From Prosthecobacter sp. (lineage in GTDB: Bacteria; Verrucomicrobiota; Verrucomicrobiia; Verrucomicrobiales; Verrucomicrobiaceae): 64,000 nucleotides of DNA. A program made the position numbers and the translations under genes. A model generated the notes under the pieces. That model saw only the letters and a list, made by a program, of their open reading frames with translations. It searched no databases and was not told where the DNA came from. The DNA is taken from assembly GCA_044378005.1 (NCBI GenBank), contig JBILYB010000011.1. The stretch is one strand, 5' to 3'. Below are positions 1 to 8,213 of the stretch, one piece after another (position 1 is the first letter of the stretch; each line of letters opens with the position of its first letter).

Positions 1-332
1 CCAAGCAAGTGAAGCCGCTGCTCACCAGTCGCTGCATCAACTGCCACAACACGGGCACCCTGCTCGGTGAACTCAGCTTGGAGAATCGTGCGATGGCCTT
101 CAAGAAGCGTGTGAATGGCCCCATTATCCTGCCTGGCAAGCCGGACAGCAGCATGCTCTACATCGTGCTGAAACTTCCTGCGAAGAATCTGAAGGCAATG
201 CCAGCCGCTGGCCATCGGGTCACGGACACGGAGATCAACCTCATCTATGACTGGATCAAGCAGGGGGCTGAATGGCCGGAAGGCAAAGCGGGTGTGATCA
301 AGCCGATGAAGACGAAGTCGGACAACTCGTAA
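1..332 (+). CDS. Planctomycete-type cytochrome c domain protein (5' partial)
   Basis: Frame is open from the window edge (KQVKPLL...). It has the heme motif CINCH and the C-terminal 'EINLIYDWIKQGA' pattern typical of PVC cytochrome C domains. Confidence 0.8.
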   Translation, partial: KQVKPLLTSRCINCHNTGTLLGELSLENRAMAFKKRVNGPIILPGKPDSSMLYIVLKLPAKNLKAMPAAGHRVTDTEINLIYDWIKQGAEWPEGKAGVIKPMKTKSDNS

Positions 333-355
333 GCCCGGCACTCCGACTAATCACC

Positions 356-1135
356 TCACCCACGCACGAGCCAGAAGGCTGCGATCAGGGTGAGGGTGAA
401 AAGCGTCCACTCAAAGGGCTTTTGCGGGATGCGCTTGAGGATCTGCCAGCCAAGCAGGATGCCGATGATGACAAAGGGCAGCAGGGCGAGATTCGTGGCG
501 AGTGATCGTGGATTGATGATCCCGAGATCAGCGGAGAACGGCACTTTGAAAAGATTGATGAAGAGGAAGAAGCGGCTGAAGACACCGAGGTGCTCCTTCT
601 TCTCCAAATGCTGGGAGAGCAGATAGACGGTCATCACCGGCCCCGCGGCATTGGCGAGCATGGTGACGATGCCTGCGCAGAGGCCCATGCTCCAGGAGAA
701 GGCTTTGTGCTGGGTCAGGAGGATGAAGTCCTGCCGCCGAGCATTCAGCAGCAGGTGAAAGGCGAGCAGCCCGATGATCAACCAGCCGATGATGGGGCGC
801 GCGAGGGTGTTGTCGATATGGCCGAGCAGAAACCAACCGATGATCACGCCCACGATGGCGGGTGGAACCATGGGAATGATGCGCCTCCAGGAACCGCCGT
901 GGCGGTTGAGGTAGAAGCCCATGAAGTCGGCCACGATCAACAGAGGCAGCACGAGGCCGACGCTGGCCTTGGCTCCAAAAGCCTGGGCCATGAGCACCAC
1001 ATTCAGCGTCGCGGTGCCAGAGAGTCCGGCTTTGGAAAGGCCGATGCAGACCGCCGCGATGGAGGCCAGGAGGAAAACCTGCGTGTCCGCCGTGAAAAGC
1101 GTGTACTGCGGCAGCCAGTCGGTGAGAAAGTTCAA
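356..1135 (-). CDS. Sulfite exporter TauE/SafE family membrane protein
   Basis: 259 aa and very hydrophobic, with motifs 'GLSKAGLSG' and 'MLANAAGPVMTVYLL'. Confidence 0.85.
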   Translation of the reverse strand: MNFLTDWLPQYTLFTADTQVFLLASIAAVCIGLSKAGLSGTATLNVVLMAQAFGAKASVGLVLPLLIVADFMGFYLNRHGGSWRRIIPMVPPAIVGVIIGWFLLGHIDNTLARPIIGWLIIGLLAFHLLLNARRQDFILLTQHKAFSWSMGLCAGIVTMLANAAGPVMTVYLLSQHLEKKEHLGVFSRFFLFINLFKVPFSADLGIINPRSLATNLALLPFVIIGILLGWQILKRIPQKPFEWTLFTLTLIAAFWLVRG

Positions 1136-1150
1136 TGCGCTGAACTTGGA

Positions 1151-1765
1151 TCAGGGGACGATGGTCACCGGCGTGCCGACTGGCGCGATGGAATACAGCT
1201 TAGTCACCATGTCGTAGGGCATGCGCACACAGCCGTGGGAGGCAGGTGAGCCAGGATTGGGGATATACCCCGCGTGCATGCCGACGCCGTTGCTGGTGAG
1301 ACGCATCCAGTAGGGCATTTTTGCGCCGACAAAACTGCCGCCTGAAGGCACACGATGCATGCCCGCCGTAGCGTTGCTGCGGACGGTGTTGCCATTGGCA
1401 TCGACGATGGTTCCGTAGCGGTTTGAGCGCTTGTTCACGACCTTCTCCGAGATGCGGAAGGTGCCGGTGGGCGTGGGGAAACCACTGCGTCCCGTCGCCA
1501 CATAGGACCAGCCGACGTTCTGACTGTTGCGGAAGATGTAGGCCTTCTGCTGGCTGAGATCGATCGTTACACGAACTGGGCCGGGCTGGCCTGCGCCGTG
1601 CCAGACATAAAGCGGACTATTCGAGGAATCCACGGGCTGCACGACGAGCGGTTTGCGAATCACTTCCTGACGGACGAACGCCGTCGGCAGAAAGTTCGAC
1701 GGCAACTGACAGGCGCTTAGACTGACCAAGGAAAAGGCGGCAAGGAAAAGGCGTGCAGGATTCAT
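1151..1765 (-). CDS. L,D-transpeptidase (YkuD/ErfK family), probable lipoprotein
   Basis: Lipobox LSAC, 'IDLSQQKAY', and catalytic 'GMHAG...ASHGCVRM'. Confidence 0.92.
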   Translation of the reverse strand: MNPARLFLAAFSLVSLSACQLPSNFLPTAFVRQEVIRKPLVVQPVDSSNSPLYVWHGAGQPGPVRVTIDLSQQKAYIFRNSQNVGWSYVATGRSGFPTPTGTFRISEKVVNKRSNRYGTIVDANGNTVRSNATAGMHRVPSGGSFVGAKMPYWMRLTSNGVGMHAGYIPNPGSPASHGCVRMPYDMVTKLYSIAPVGTPVTIVP

Positions 1766-1918
1766 AGCGACTGTGTTTGTAGCAAACTCCGTGTCAGACG
1801 CCAGAGCGTGATGTCAAAAACTTCAAATCACTCACCTCACTCGGTGTGGTAATTACATTATGTTCACTCAATAAATTTGAAGGGACTTATATTCAATAAA
1901 GCTCTCACTCGAGCGACT

Positions 1919-2704
1919 TCATTTTATATTCTTCTGATACGCTTCCGCATAGCGCTTGCCGAGTTCTCGAAAGGAGGCGGAGTCGAAGTGGATCTTGTCC
2001 CCTTTGTGCTTCAGCCCCTCGGCGCTGACAAAGGCTGTGTGCGGCACTTTCTTCACCAGGCTCTGATGAGCGGCATCGACGAGGAGTATCTCCGGCGTCC
2101 AGGGCACTTCCTTAAACTTGCCCATCTGCCCGGCGATGAATGGTACCCTCGGCGCCTTCAGTTCCTGGCGGAGACGTGCGATGAGATCATGAAGCTTGGG
2201 CTCGTAAGCTTGAGCCAATTCGGGCTTGGAATCACTCTCACCCTGATGCCAGAGGATGCCCTTGAGTGTGCCTGCGGACAGAGCAAGAGCCGCACGCTTG
2301 GTCATGTCATCCCAGGGATGGCACTTTGTAGCAGGATAAAAGACACCCGGCTTCCAAGTGTCGATAGGCGAGCCACCGACCGCGCAGGGGATGAGCCCAA
2401 TGGTCACGCCTGGGTTCGCCTCGGCGATGATCTGCCCAAAGGTCTTGCCGAGGCCGACCCCGGCGGCGGGTTTGTCGAAGTGCATGGGATCTACCGCAGG
2501 CACCCACTTGCCTTCCTTGCTCAGCATGAGCACTCGCGGATGCGGCGTCTTGTCCTGCTCTTCCACCACACCTCGGCCAGCCATGTTCGACTGACCCACG
2601 AGCAGGAAGAGGTGGAACTTTTCCTTCGCAGGCAAAGGCGTCTCCTGGGCATGGGCGAAGATGCTGAAGACAAAAGCAAAGAGGGGGATGAGTCGGTTAG
2701 TCAT
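1919..2704 (-). CDS. Sialate O-acetylesterase (SASA, SGNH-like)
   Basis: Signal peptide plus motifs GQSNMAG, WHQGESD and 'DKIHF'. Start moved to ATG 2704. Confidence 0.9.
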   Translation of the reverse strand: MTNRLIPLFAFVFSIFAHAQETPLPAKEKFHLFLLVGQSNMAGRGVVEEQDKTPHPRVLMLSKEGKWVPAVDPMHFDKPAAGVGLGKTFGQIIAEANPGVTIGLIPCAVGGSPIDTWKPGVFYPATKCHPWDDMTKRAALALSAGTLKGILWHQGESDSKPELAQAYEPKLHDLIARLRQELKAPRVPFIAGQMGKFKEVPWTPEILLVDAAHQSLVKKVPHTAFVSAEGLKHKGDKIHFDSASFRELGKRYAEAYQKNIK

Positions 2705-2764
2705 GAGGTGAAGTGAACGCAGCATGAGGACCCCGACTGGCTTTGTCAGCCATATTTTAAAGAC

Positions 2765-3841
2765 TCACCCCACGCGCAGTTCCACCACCGCATTGTGCCC
2801 GCCCATCCCGGAGGCGATTTTCAGGAGAGTGTCGCCAGAATGAAGTTTCGGAAGGACGTCAGGCACCCCCGTGATGCCGGGCAGGTTGCCGGGAACCTCC
2901 GGCAGCGCAGCCGCGATGAGCGCGACATCCAGAAGGCCGCAGGCTCCGAGTGTGTGGCCGGTGAAAGGCTTCAGCAGGAGCAGCGGCGGCATGTCGCCAA
3001 AGGCTGTGCGCATCCCCCGACTCTCCGCCAGGGCATGATTCAGAGTTCCCGTGGCATGAGGGCAAAGCAAAGCCGGGCGCTGAAACTCGCTCAACAACTC
3101 CCCGAGCGGTGCCCCATCCTCCGGGATCATGAGTGAGTCATGCGCGTCACTGTTGGCCGCATAGCGCGTCACTTCCGCGAGACCCTTGTCGGAGATTTCG
3201 AGAGTCACCGCCACGCCTGCCTCACCGAGATGCAATCCCGTGGTCAGCGGCGAGAGCGGATCATTCACGCCATTCGTGGAAAGCAAATGCGTGTCACGAA
3301 ACGCCCGGACCAGCTCGGGCACGAGCGGCAGATCCACGGCGACGACGAGGGCTCGTTTCGTCAAACCCGCACGCAGGGCCATCCAAGCCATGCCGAGAGC
3401 ATCGAGGCCTGACGAGCAACCGCTGGAAAGCATCTGCCACGGACCTCGAATGCCGAGTTCGATACTCACCGCAGCGGCGATCTCGCTGTGGATTGTGTTG
3501 CTGGCACTGAAGCGCGGGGAAGGACGACGCCACGCATGTTGCCCGAGTAACTCGCCCGCATTGCCACGGCTGCTGGCGGCGAAGAGCCAGGCTGTCTTGG
3601 TGTCATCGGCACTCCAGCCTGCACGCTGCACGGCATGGCGCGCGACATGCACGGCGAGGTTCGAGGCCGCCCCATAGCGTCGGCCTTTCAGCACGTTGCG
3701 ATCTGCGATGCGTCCACAAAGCAGACCTTCGTGTTCCGCCAGGCCTGATCTGCCCGCAAGCCAAGTCTCCAGACACTCGGGCATTGAGTCACCGAGGGCG
3801 CAGACGACTTCAGCGGCAGTGATCGAGATAGGTTGACTCAC
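2765..3841 (-). CDS. Stand-alone beta-ketoacyl synthase (FabF/FabB-like)
   Basis: SSGCSSG (active Cys), HATGT and KPFTGHTLGA. The GTG start at 3841 overlaps the upstream TGA (GTGA). Confidence 0.85.
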   Translation of the reverse strand: MSQPISITAAEVVCALGDSMPECLETWLAGRSGLAEHEGLLCGRIADRNVLKGRRYGAASNLAVHVARHAVQRAGWSADDTKTAWLFAASSRGNAGELLGQHAWRRPSPRFSASNTIHSEIAAAVSIELGIRGPWQMLSSGCSSGLDALGMAWMALRAGLTKRALVVAVDLPLVPELVRAFRDTHLLSTNGVNDPLSPLTTGLHLGEAGVAVTLEISDKGLAEVTRYAANSDAHDSLMIPEDGAPLGELLSEFQRPALLCPHATGTLNHALAESRGMRTAFGDMPPLLLLKPFTGHTLGACGLLDVALIAAALPEVPGNLPGITGVPDVLPKLHSGDTLLKIASGMGGHNAVVELRVG

Positions 3842-5226
3842 AGATCGAAAATCTTCCCTGGGTTCATCAGGCACTCGGGGTCGAGTGCGCGCTTGATGGT
3901 GCGCATGAGTTCGTAGCTGGCCTCGCCGAGTTGGCGCTTCACAAAGGCTTTCTTCGCCAAGCCCACGCCATGCTCACCCGTGACCGTGCCACCGAGGCGG
4001 ATGGTTTCATCCACGATCTCCTCCAGCGCGATCTCCACGCGGTGCATCTCCTCGGTGTCGCGTTCGTTCGTGAGGAAAGTGGGGTGCAGATTGCCATCAC
4101 CCAGGTGCCCGAAGGTGCCGACCATCAGACGATGCCGCTCCGCCACCTCGCGGATGAATTTGACCATGTGCGCCAGCTCCGTGCGCGGCACGGTGACGTC
4201 CTCCAGGATGGTCGTTGGCCGCTTGCGGGCAAGCGCGGAGAAGGCACTGCGGCGGGCGGTGGCCAGCCTGCCAGCTTCGGCATCATCGGCGGCGGCGCGG
4301 ACCTCACGGGCTCCATGTGCACGAGCAAGAGCCATCATCTGTGCGGCTTCTTCTTCGACGACGATGGGATGCCCATCGGTCTCCATGAGCACCACGGCCT
4401 CGACTTCAGTCGGCAGGCCGATCTTCGCGTAATCCTCCACGCAGCCGACCGTCATGCGATCGAGGAACTCCAGCGTGCAGGGGATGATCTTCGCCGCGAT
4501 GATGGCGCTGATGGTTTCCGCCGCTGCTTCCATGGAATCATAGAGCGCCAGCATGGTCTTCCGTGCCTTCGGCTTAGGCACGAGCTTCAGCATGACCTCG
4601 GTGATGATGCCGAGTGTGCCTTCACTACCGATGAAAAGATCCTTCATCGAATAGCCAGCCACATCCTTCACGCATTTGTTGCCGAGACGCGTGAGGGTGC
4701 CATCGGGCAAGACAACCTCGATGCCCATGACGTAGTCGCGTGTGACACCATACTTCAGGCCGCGCAGACCGCCGCTGTTCTCCGCCACATTGCCGCCGAT
4801 GGTGCTGATCTTCATGCTGCCGGGATCAGGCGGATAAAACAGGCCCACCTTGTTCGCCGCATCGTCGATCTCCTTCGTGATCACGCCACACTGGGCACGC
4901 AGGGTGAGGTTCTTTTCATCGACTTCGAGGATCTTGTCCATCTGCACCACACAGATCACGAGGCCCCCCTCGATGGGCACGCTGCCACCGCTGAGTCCGG
5001 TGCCCGAACCACGCGTCACGACAGGCACTCTGGCTTCACGCGCCAGCTTCACACATGCGGCCACCTCTTCTCCCGAATGCGGAAACACCACTGCGCCGGG
5101 CTTCACCTTCAGAGCAGCAGTGCCATCGAAACTGTAAGGCAAAATATCCTCCGCCTGCGTGAGGACACGGTCAGGCGAGAGCGCGGAACAAAGGGCGGAG
5201 ACGAGATGAGGAGTGACGGTTGGCAC
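3838..5226 (-). CDS. FAD-linked oxidase, glycolate oxidase GlcD-like
   Basis: RGSGTGLSGG, PPDPGS, TIGGNVAENSGG, HLGDGNLH and GEHGVG. Start is approximate. Confidence 0.92.
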   Translation of the reverse strand: MPTVTPHLVSALCSALSPDRVLTQAEDILPYSFDGTAALKVKPGAVVFPHSGEEVAACVKLAREARVPVVTRGSGTGLSGGSVPIEGGLVICVVQMDKILEVDEKNLTLRAQCGVITKEIDDAANKVGLFYPPDPGSMKISTIGGNVAENSGGLRGLKYGVTRDYVMGIEVVLPDGTLTRLGNKCVKDVAGYSMKDLFIGSEGTLGIITEVMLKLVPKPKARKTMLALYDSMEAAAETISAIIAAKIIPCTLEFLDRMTVGCVEDYAKIGLPTEVEAVVLMETDGHPIVVEEEAAQMMALARAHGAREVRAAADDAEAGRLATARRSAFSALARKRPTTILEDVTVPRTELAHMVKFIREVAERHRLMVGTFGHLGDGNLHPTFLTNERDTEEMHRVEIALEEIVDETIRLGGTVTGEHGVGLAKKAFVKRQLGEASYELMRTIKRALDPECLMNPGKIFDL

Positions 5227-5400
5227 GGCGCGGAGTGTGGGCGGCTGAAGCGATGGCGCAAGGGCGCAGGGACGTTCTAGTTGAGGTTGGATATTCTCGT
5301 CCGGCTGGCGCTGTGCGTTTGGACTGTCCTTGGAAAGATTCTTTGCCACGCCCGGTCTCATGCGGGGCACTTTGAGCGTGACAAAGTGAAGCTCGGCTGA

Positions 5401-5835
5401 TTGGCTGCCTCAATGGGAGGCCATTCCACCACATCTCCTGATGGTCGCTGGACCATCAGTGTCACCGATGAATCCGAGTTTGCGGTTGAAACTTTAAAAC
5501 TGGAAGTCTTCCAGGCAGAGTCTCACGTTTCGATCTCAGGAAAACCACCTGTGCTTACATTCAAGTCGCCCCTTCCGGGTTTTGATGCTCGTGCTTCTAC
5601 CACGAATGACACTTGGAGCTCGGATGGCAGGGAATGCCATTTGCAGTTGGCGACGTATCACGGAGAGGCATCGCTGATTGTAGTTCCTTCAGAATTCCGA
5701 GTGGAGTTCGATCCGCTCTCCTCTTTCGGTTATATTCGGCCCATCGATCCTGTTCCCTGGTTTCTCATGTTTGGAGTTTTACTTTTGGCCTACATTCTTG
5801 GCATGCACAGGCTGAAAGCCAGGAAGCCGCACTGA
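5401..5835 (+). CDS. Hypothetical protein with C-terminal transmembrane helix
   Basis: 144 aa ORF filling the gap between two minus-strand genes, with a hydrophobic C-terminus (PWFLMFGVLLLAYILG) and visibly lower GC. Confidence 0.5.
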   Translation: MAASMGGHSTTSPDGRWTISVTDESEFAVETLKLEVFQAESHVSISGKPPVLTFKSPLPGFDARASTTNDTWSSDGRECHLQLATYHGEASLIVVPSEFRVEFDPLSSFGYIRPIDPVPWFLMFGVLLLAYILGMHRLKARKPH

Positions 5836-5850
5836 TGACACGCCAAGCGA

Positions 5851-6786
5851 TTACTTCCCCCACCTCATCGCCACATCGGGAAAGTCGCTGAAGAGCCCAT
5901 CGACACCGGCCTTTTTGAAAAGCAGCTTCAGGAGATCCTCCGGGGACTTGGCGAACTTCGGCAACTCATCCACGCGCAGGGTGTAAGGGTGGACCTTCAG
6001 GCCGCAGGCGTGGGCGTTTTTCACCAGCGCGGTGGGCTTTCGATCAGCGGCGATCACGCTCTCGATATCGGGGCCGATACCGTCGGCGATCTTGGCGAGT
6101 TCGGCGAGGCCATTGGGTGTGCGCAGGTGGTTAAAGTCGGTGTTGCCGGGGCCGGTGGGGAGGGTGTCGAGCAGCATGACTAGGTTCCCGCGCCAGCGCA
6201 GCGAGCCGCGCAGGCGCTTGAGTTCATCGAGCTCGAAGCACTGGATGTAGCAGGGGTCGTCTTTGCTGCGGTAGCCGTAGCGGCGGAGGATGGCGAGCAC
6301 GATGCGGGTGATGTCGTGCTTCTGCGCGCGATGCCAGGCGGGATCTTTGATTTCGGGGTAGATGCCGGCGATGCGGCCTGTGCTACGGTTCAGGCCCTGG
6401 ATGAGCTGGAGTTCCTCCTCCAGCGTCGCGACCTGGAAGCTCCCCTGCCCTTTCGGGAAGCGTTTCGGGAAAACCTGCTTCCCGGTGGCGGGATCGAAGC
6501 GCTCCATGACACGCAGTGTCTTGAGTTCTGCGAGCGTGAAGTCGAGCGCGTAGTAGCGGCCATCGCTGCGCTTCCGGTTCGGAAACTTCTCCGCCACATC
6601 GGTGACGCTATCCACATGGATGTCATGCAGCACCACGGGCACGTCGTCCTTTGTCAAAACGAGATCCTGCTCGATGTAGTGCGCGCCCTGGGCATGGGCC
6701 ATGGCCTTCGCCTCCAGCGTGTGCTCGGGCAGATAGCCACTCGCGCCGCGATGGGCGATGATCAGGGGAAAGGATTTGCGAGCCAT
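5851..6786 (-). CDS. glpQ: Glycerophosphodiester phosphodiesterase
   Basis: IAHRGASGYLPEHT, IEQDLVLTKD and HPYT motifs. Start is ATG 6786. Confidence 0.93.
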   Translation of the reverse strand: MARKSFPLIIAHRGASGYLPEHTLEAKAMAHAQGAHYIEQDLVLTKDDVPVVLHDIHVDSVTDVAEKFPNRKRSDGRYYALDFTLAELKTLRVMERFDPATGKQVFPKRFPKGQGSFQVATLEEELQLIQGLNRSTGRIAGIYPEIKDPAWHRAQKHDITRIVLAILRRYGYRSKDDPCYIQCFELDELKRLRGSLRWRGNLVMLLDTLPTGPGNTDFNHLRTPNGLAELAKIADGIGPDIESVIAADRKPTALVKNAHACGLKVHPYTLRVDELPKFAKSPEDLLKLLFKKAGVDGLFSDFPDVAMRWGK

Positions 6787-6835
6787 GCTTTCAGGCTGAC
6801 AGACTCCCGCCCTCTCCGTCAAGACTGCTCTCCCC

Positions 6836-7450
6836 ATGAAGCGCTACTCCATCCATCGCACCTCCGGCCCCACGCTCGAATGGAGCCGCGCCGTCTGTCT
6901 CACGGACTTCTCTTTGCCCTGGAATGCGGACCTGACTCCCGCGGCCACGGAGTTCCGCGCGCTCTGGGATGCCGAGGCGCTGCACTTCCGCTTCGACTGC
7001 ATCGACCACGATCTCGTGCTCGATGACTCCGCCACGCTGAAGGAGCGCGTGCTGGATTCCGACCGCGTGGAGATCTTCTTCACGACGGATCTCTCCCTCA
7101 CGCCCTACTACGGTTTTGAAATGAGCCCGCGAGCCGAAGCGCTCATTTATAAAGCCCGCCACTACCGAGAGATCGACTTCGACTGGACCTGCCCGACTTT
7201 GAAACTCGCCGCCGAAATCCAGGGCGAGCACTACACCGTCTCCGGCAGCCTGCCCTGGAGCACCTTGCAGGAAATGGGCGTGATCCAAAAAGATGCCCGC
7301 CAGTTCTTCGCCGGCGTGTATCGCGCCGACTTTTCCCGCGAGGCCGATGGCAGCCTGCGCCGACTTTGGATGCCGTGGGTCGATCCCCAGACTGAGCGCC
7401 CCGACTTCCATGTGCCAGGCTCTTTTGGCCTCTTTGATCTCATGGACTGA
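6836..7450 (+). CDS. Carbohydrate-binding family 9-like (sugar-binding) protein
   Basis: 'FRALWDAEALHFRF', 'DRVEIFF', 'YYGFEMSP' and 'PDFH' resemble the CBM9-like/DOMON family. Confidence 0.7.
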   Translation: MKRYSIHRTSGPTLEWSRAVCLTDFSLPWNADLTPAATEFRALWDAEALHFRFDCIDHDLVLDDSATLKERVLDSDRVEIFFTTDLSLTPYYGFEMSPRAEALIYKARHYREIDFDWTCPTLKLAAEIQGEHYTVSGSLPWSTLQEMGVIQKDARQFFAGVYRADFSREADGSLRRLWMPWVDPQTERPDFHVPGSFGLFDLMD

Positions 7451-7489
7451 GTCTTGACCGCGCCCGCCAGCGGCTGAAGAGAAGCCGCC

Positions 7490-8065
7490 ATGCGCATCGC
7501 CATCTATTGCGGGTCCAGTCGCGGACTCGACCCCGTCTTTCAAACCGCCGCCGCTGACCTCGCGAGGCATCTCGTCAGCCAGGGCATCGGCATCGTCTAT
7601 GGCGGCGGCAATGTCGGCCTCATGGGCGTCATCGCGGATGCGGCGATGTCCGCTGGTGGGGAGGTCATCGGCGTAATCCCCGAGTCCCTGCTGGCCAAGG
7701 AACTCGGCCACGGTGGGGTCACCGAGCTCCGCGTCGTGCGCTCCATGCATGAGCGGAAACAAATGATGGTGGACCTCAGCGATGCCTTCATCGCCCTGCC
7801 CGGTGGCTTTGGCACGCTGGATGAACTCTTCGAGACACTCACCTGGCTCCAGCTTGGCTTTCACGGCAAACCCGTCGGTCTTCTGAACGTCGCGGGCTTC
7901 TTCGATCACCTGCTCACCTTTCTCGATCACATGACGGGCACCGATTTCCTCAAGCCCGAGCACCGCGCCAGTCTGCTGATGGAGACTGATCCCGCCGCAT
8001 TGCTCACCGCCATGCAGGCCTTCCAGCCGCACACCTGCGGGAAGTGGATCAAGGAACTTGTTTGA
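7490..8065 (+). CDS. LOG family protein (TIGR00730-like)
   Basis: YCGSS, VYGGGNVGLMG, MHERK and PGGFGTLDE. Confidence 0.93.
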   Translation: MRIAIYCGSSRGLDPVFQTAAADLARHLVSQGIGIVYGGGNVGLMGVIADAAMSAGGEVIGVIPESLLAKELGHGGVTELRVVRSMHERKQMMVDLSDAFIALPGGFGTLDELFETLTWLQLGFHGKPVGLLNVAGFFDHLLTFLDHMTGTDFLKPEHRASLLMETDPAALLTAMQAFQPHTCGKWIKELV

Positions 8066-8213
8066 AACTCCGGCGACTAAATGTCGCAGAACTCAAAAGC
8101 TTCAGAGCAAAACGGGCGCTTTTAGGTGGGCAGCATTTCTCGTTTCATCGAATCCAGACTTACCTACAGCTTGCCGGAGGGGGGTGGAGGTTTCAGGGTG
8201 GCGGGTGCCGACC

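Noticed and set aside
590-1249. Long antisense and alternate-frame ORFs throughout the window (for example 590-1249, 6791-8032, 10104-12176, 22278-23771, 41563-42903, 45559-47766, 48447-49994)
   Set aside because: They overlap well-supported genes on the opposite strand and have no recognisable motifs. This is the usual shadow of high-GC codon bias.
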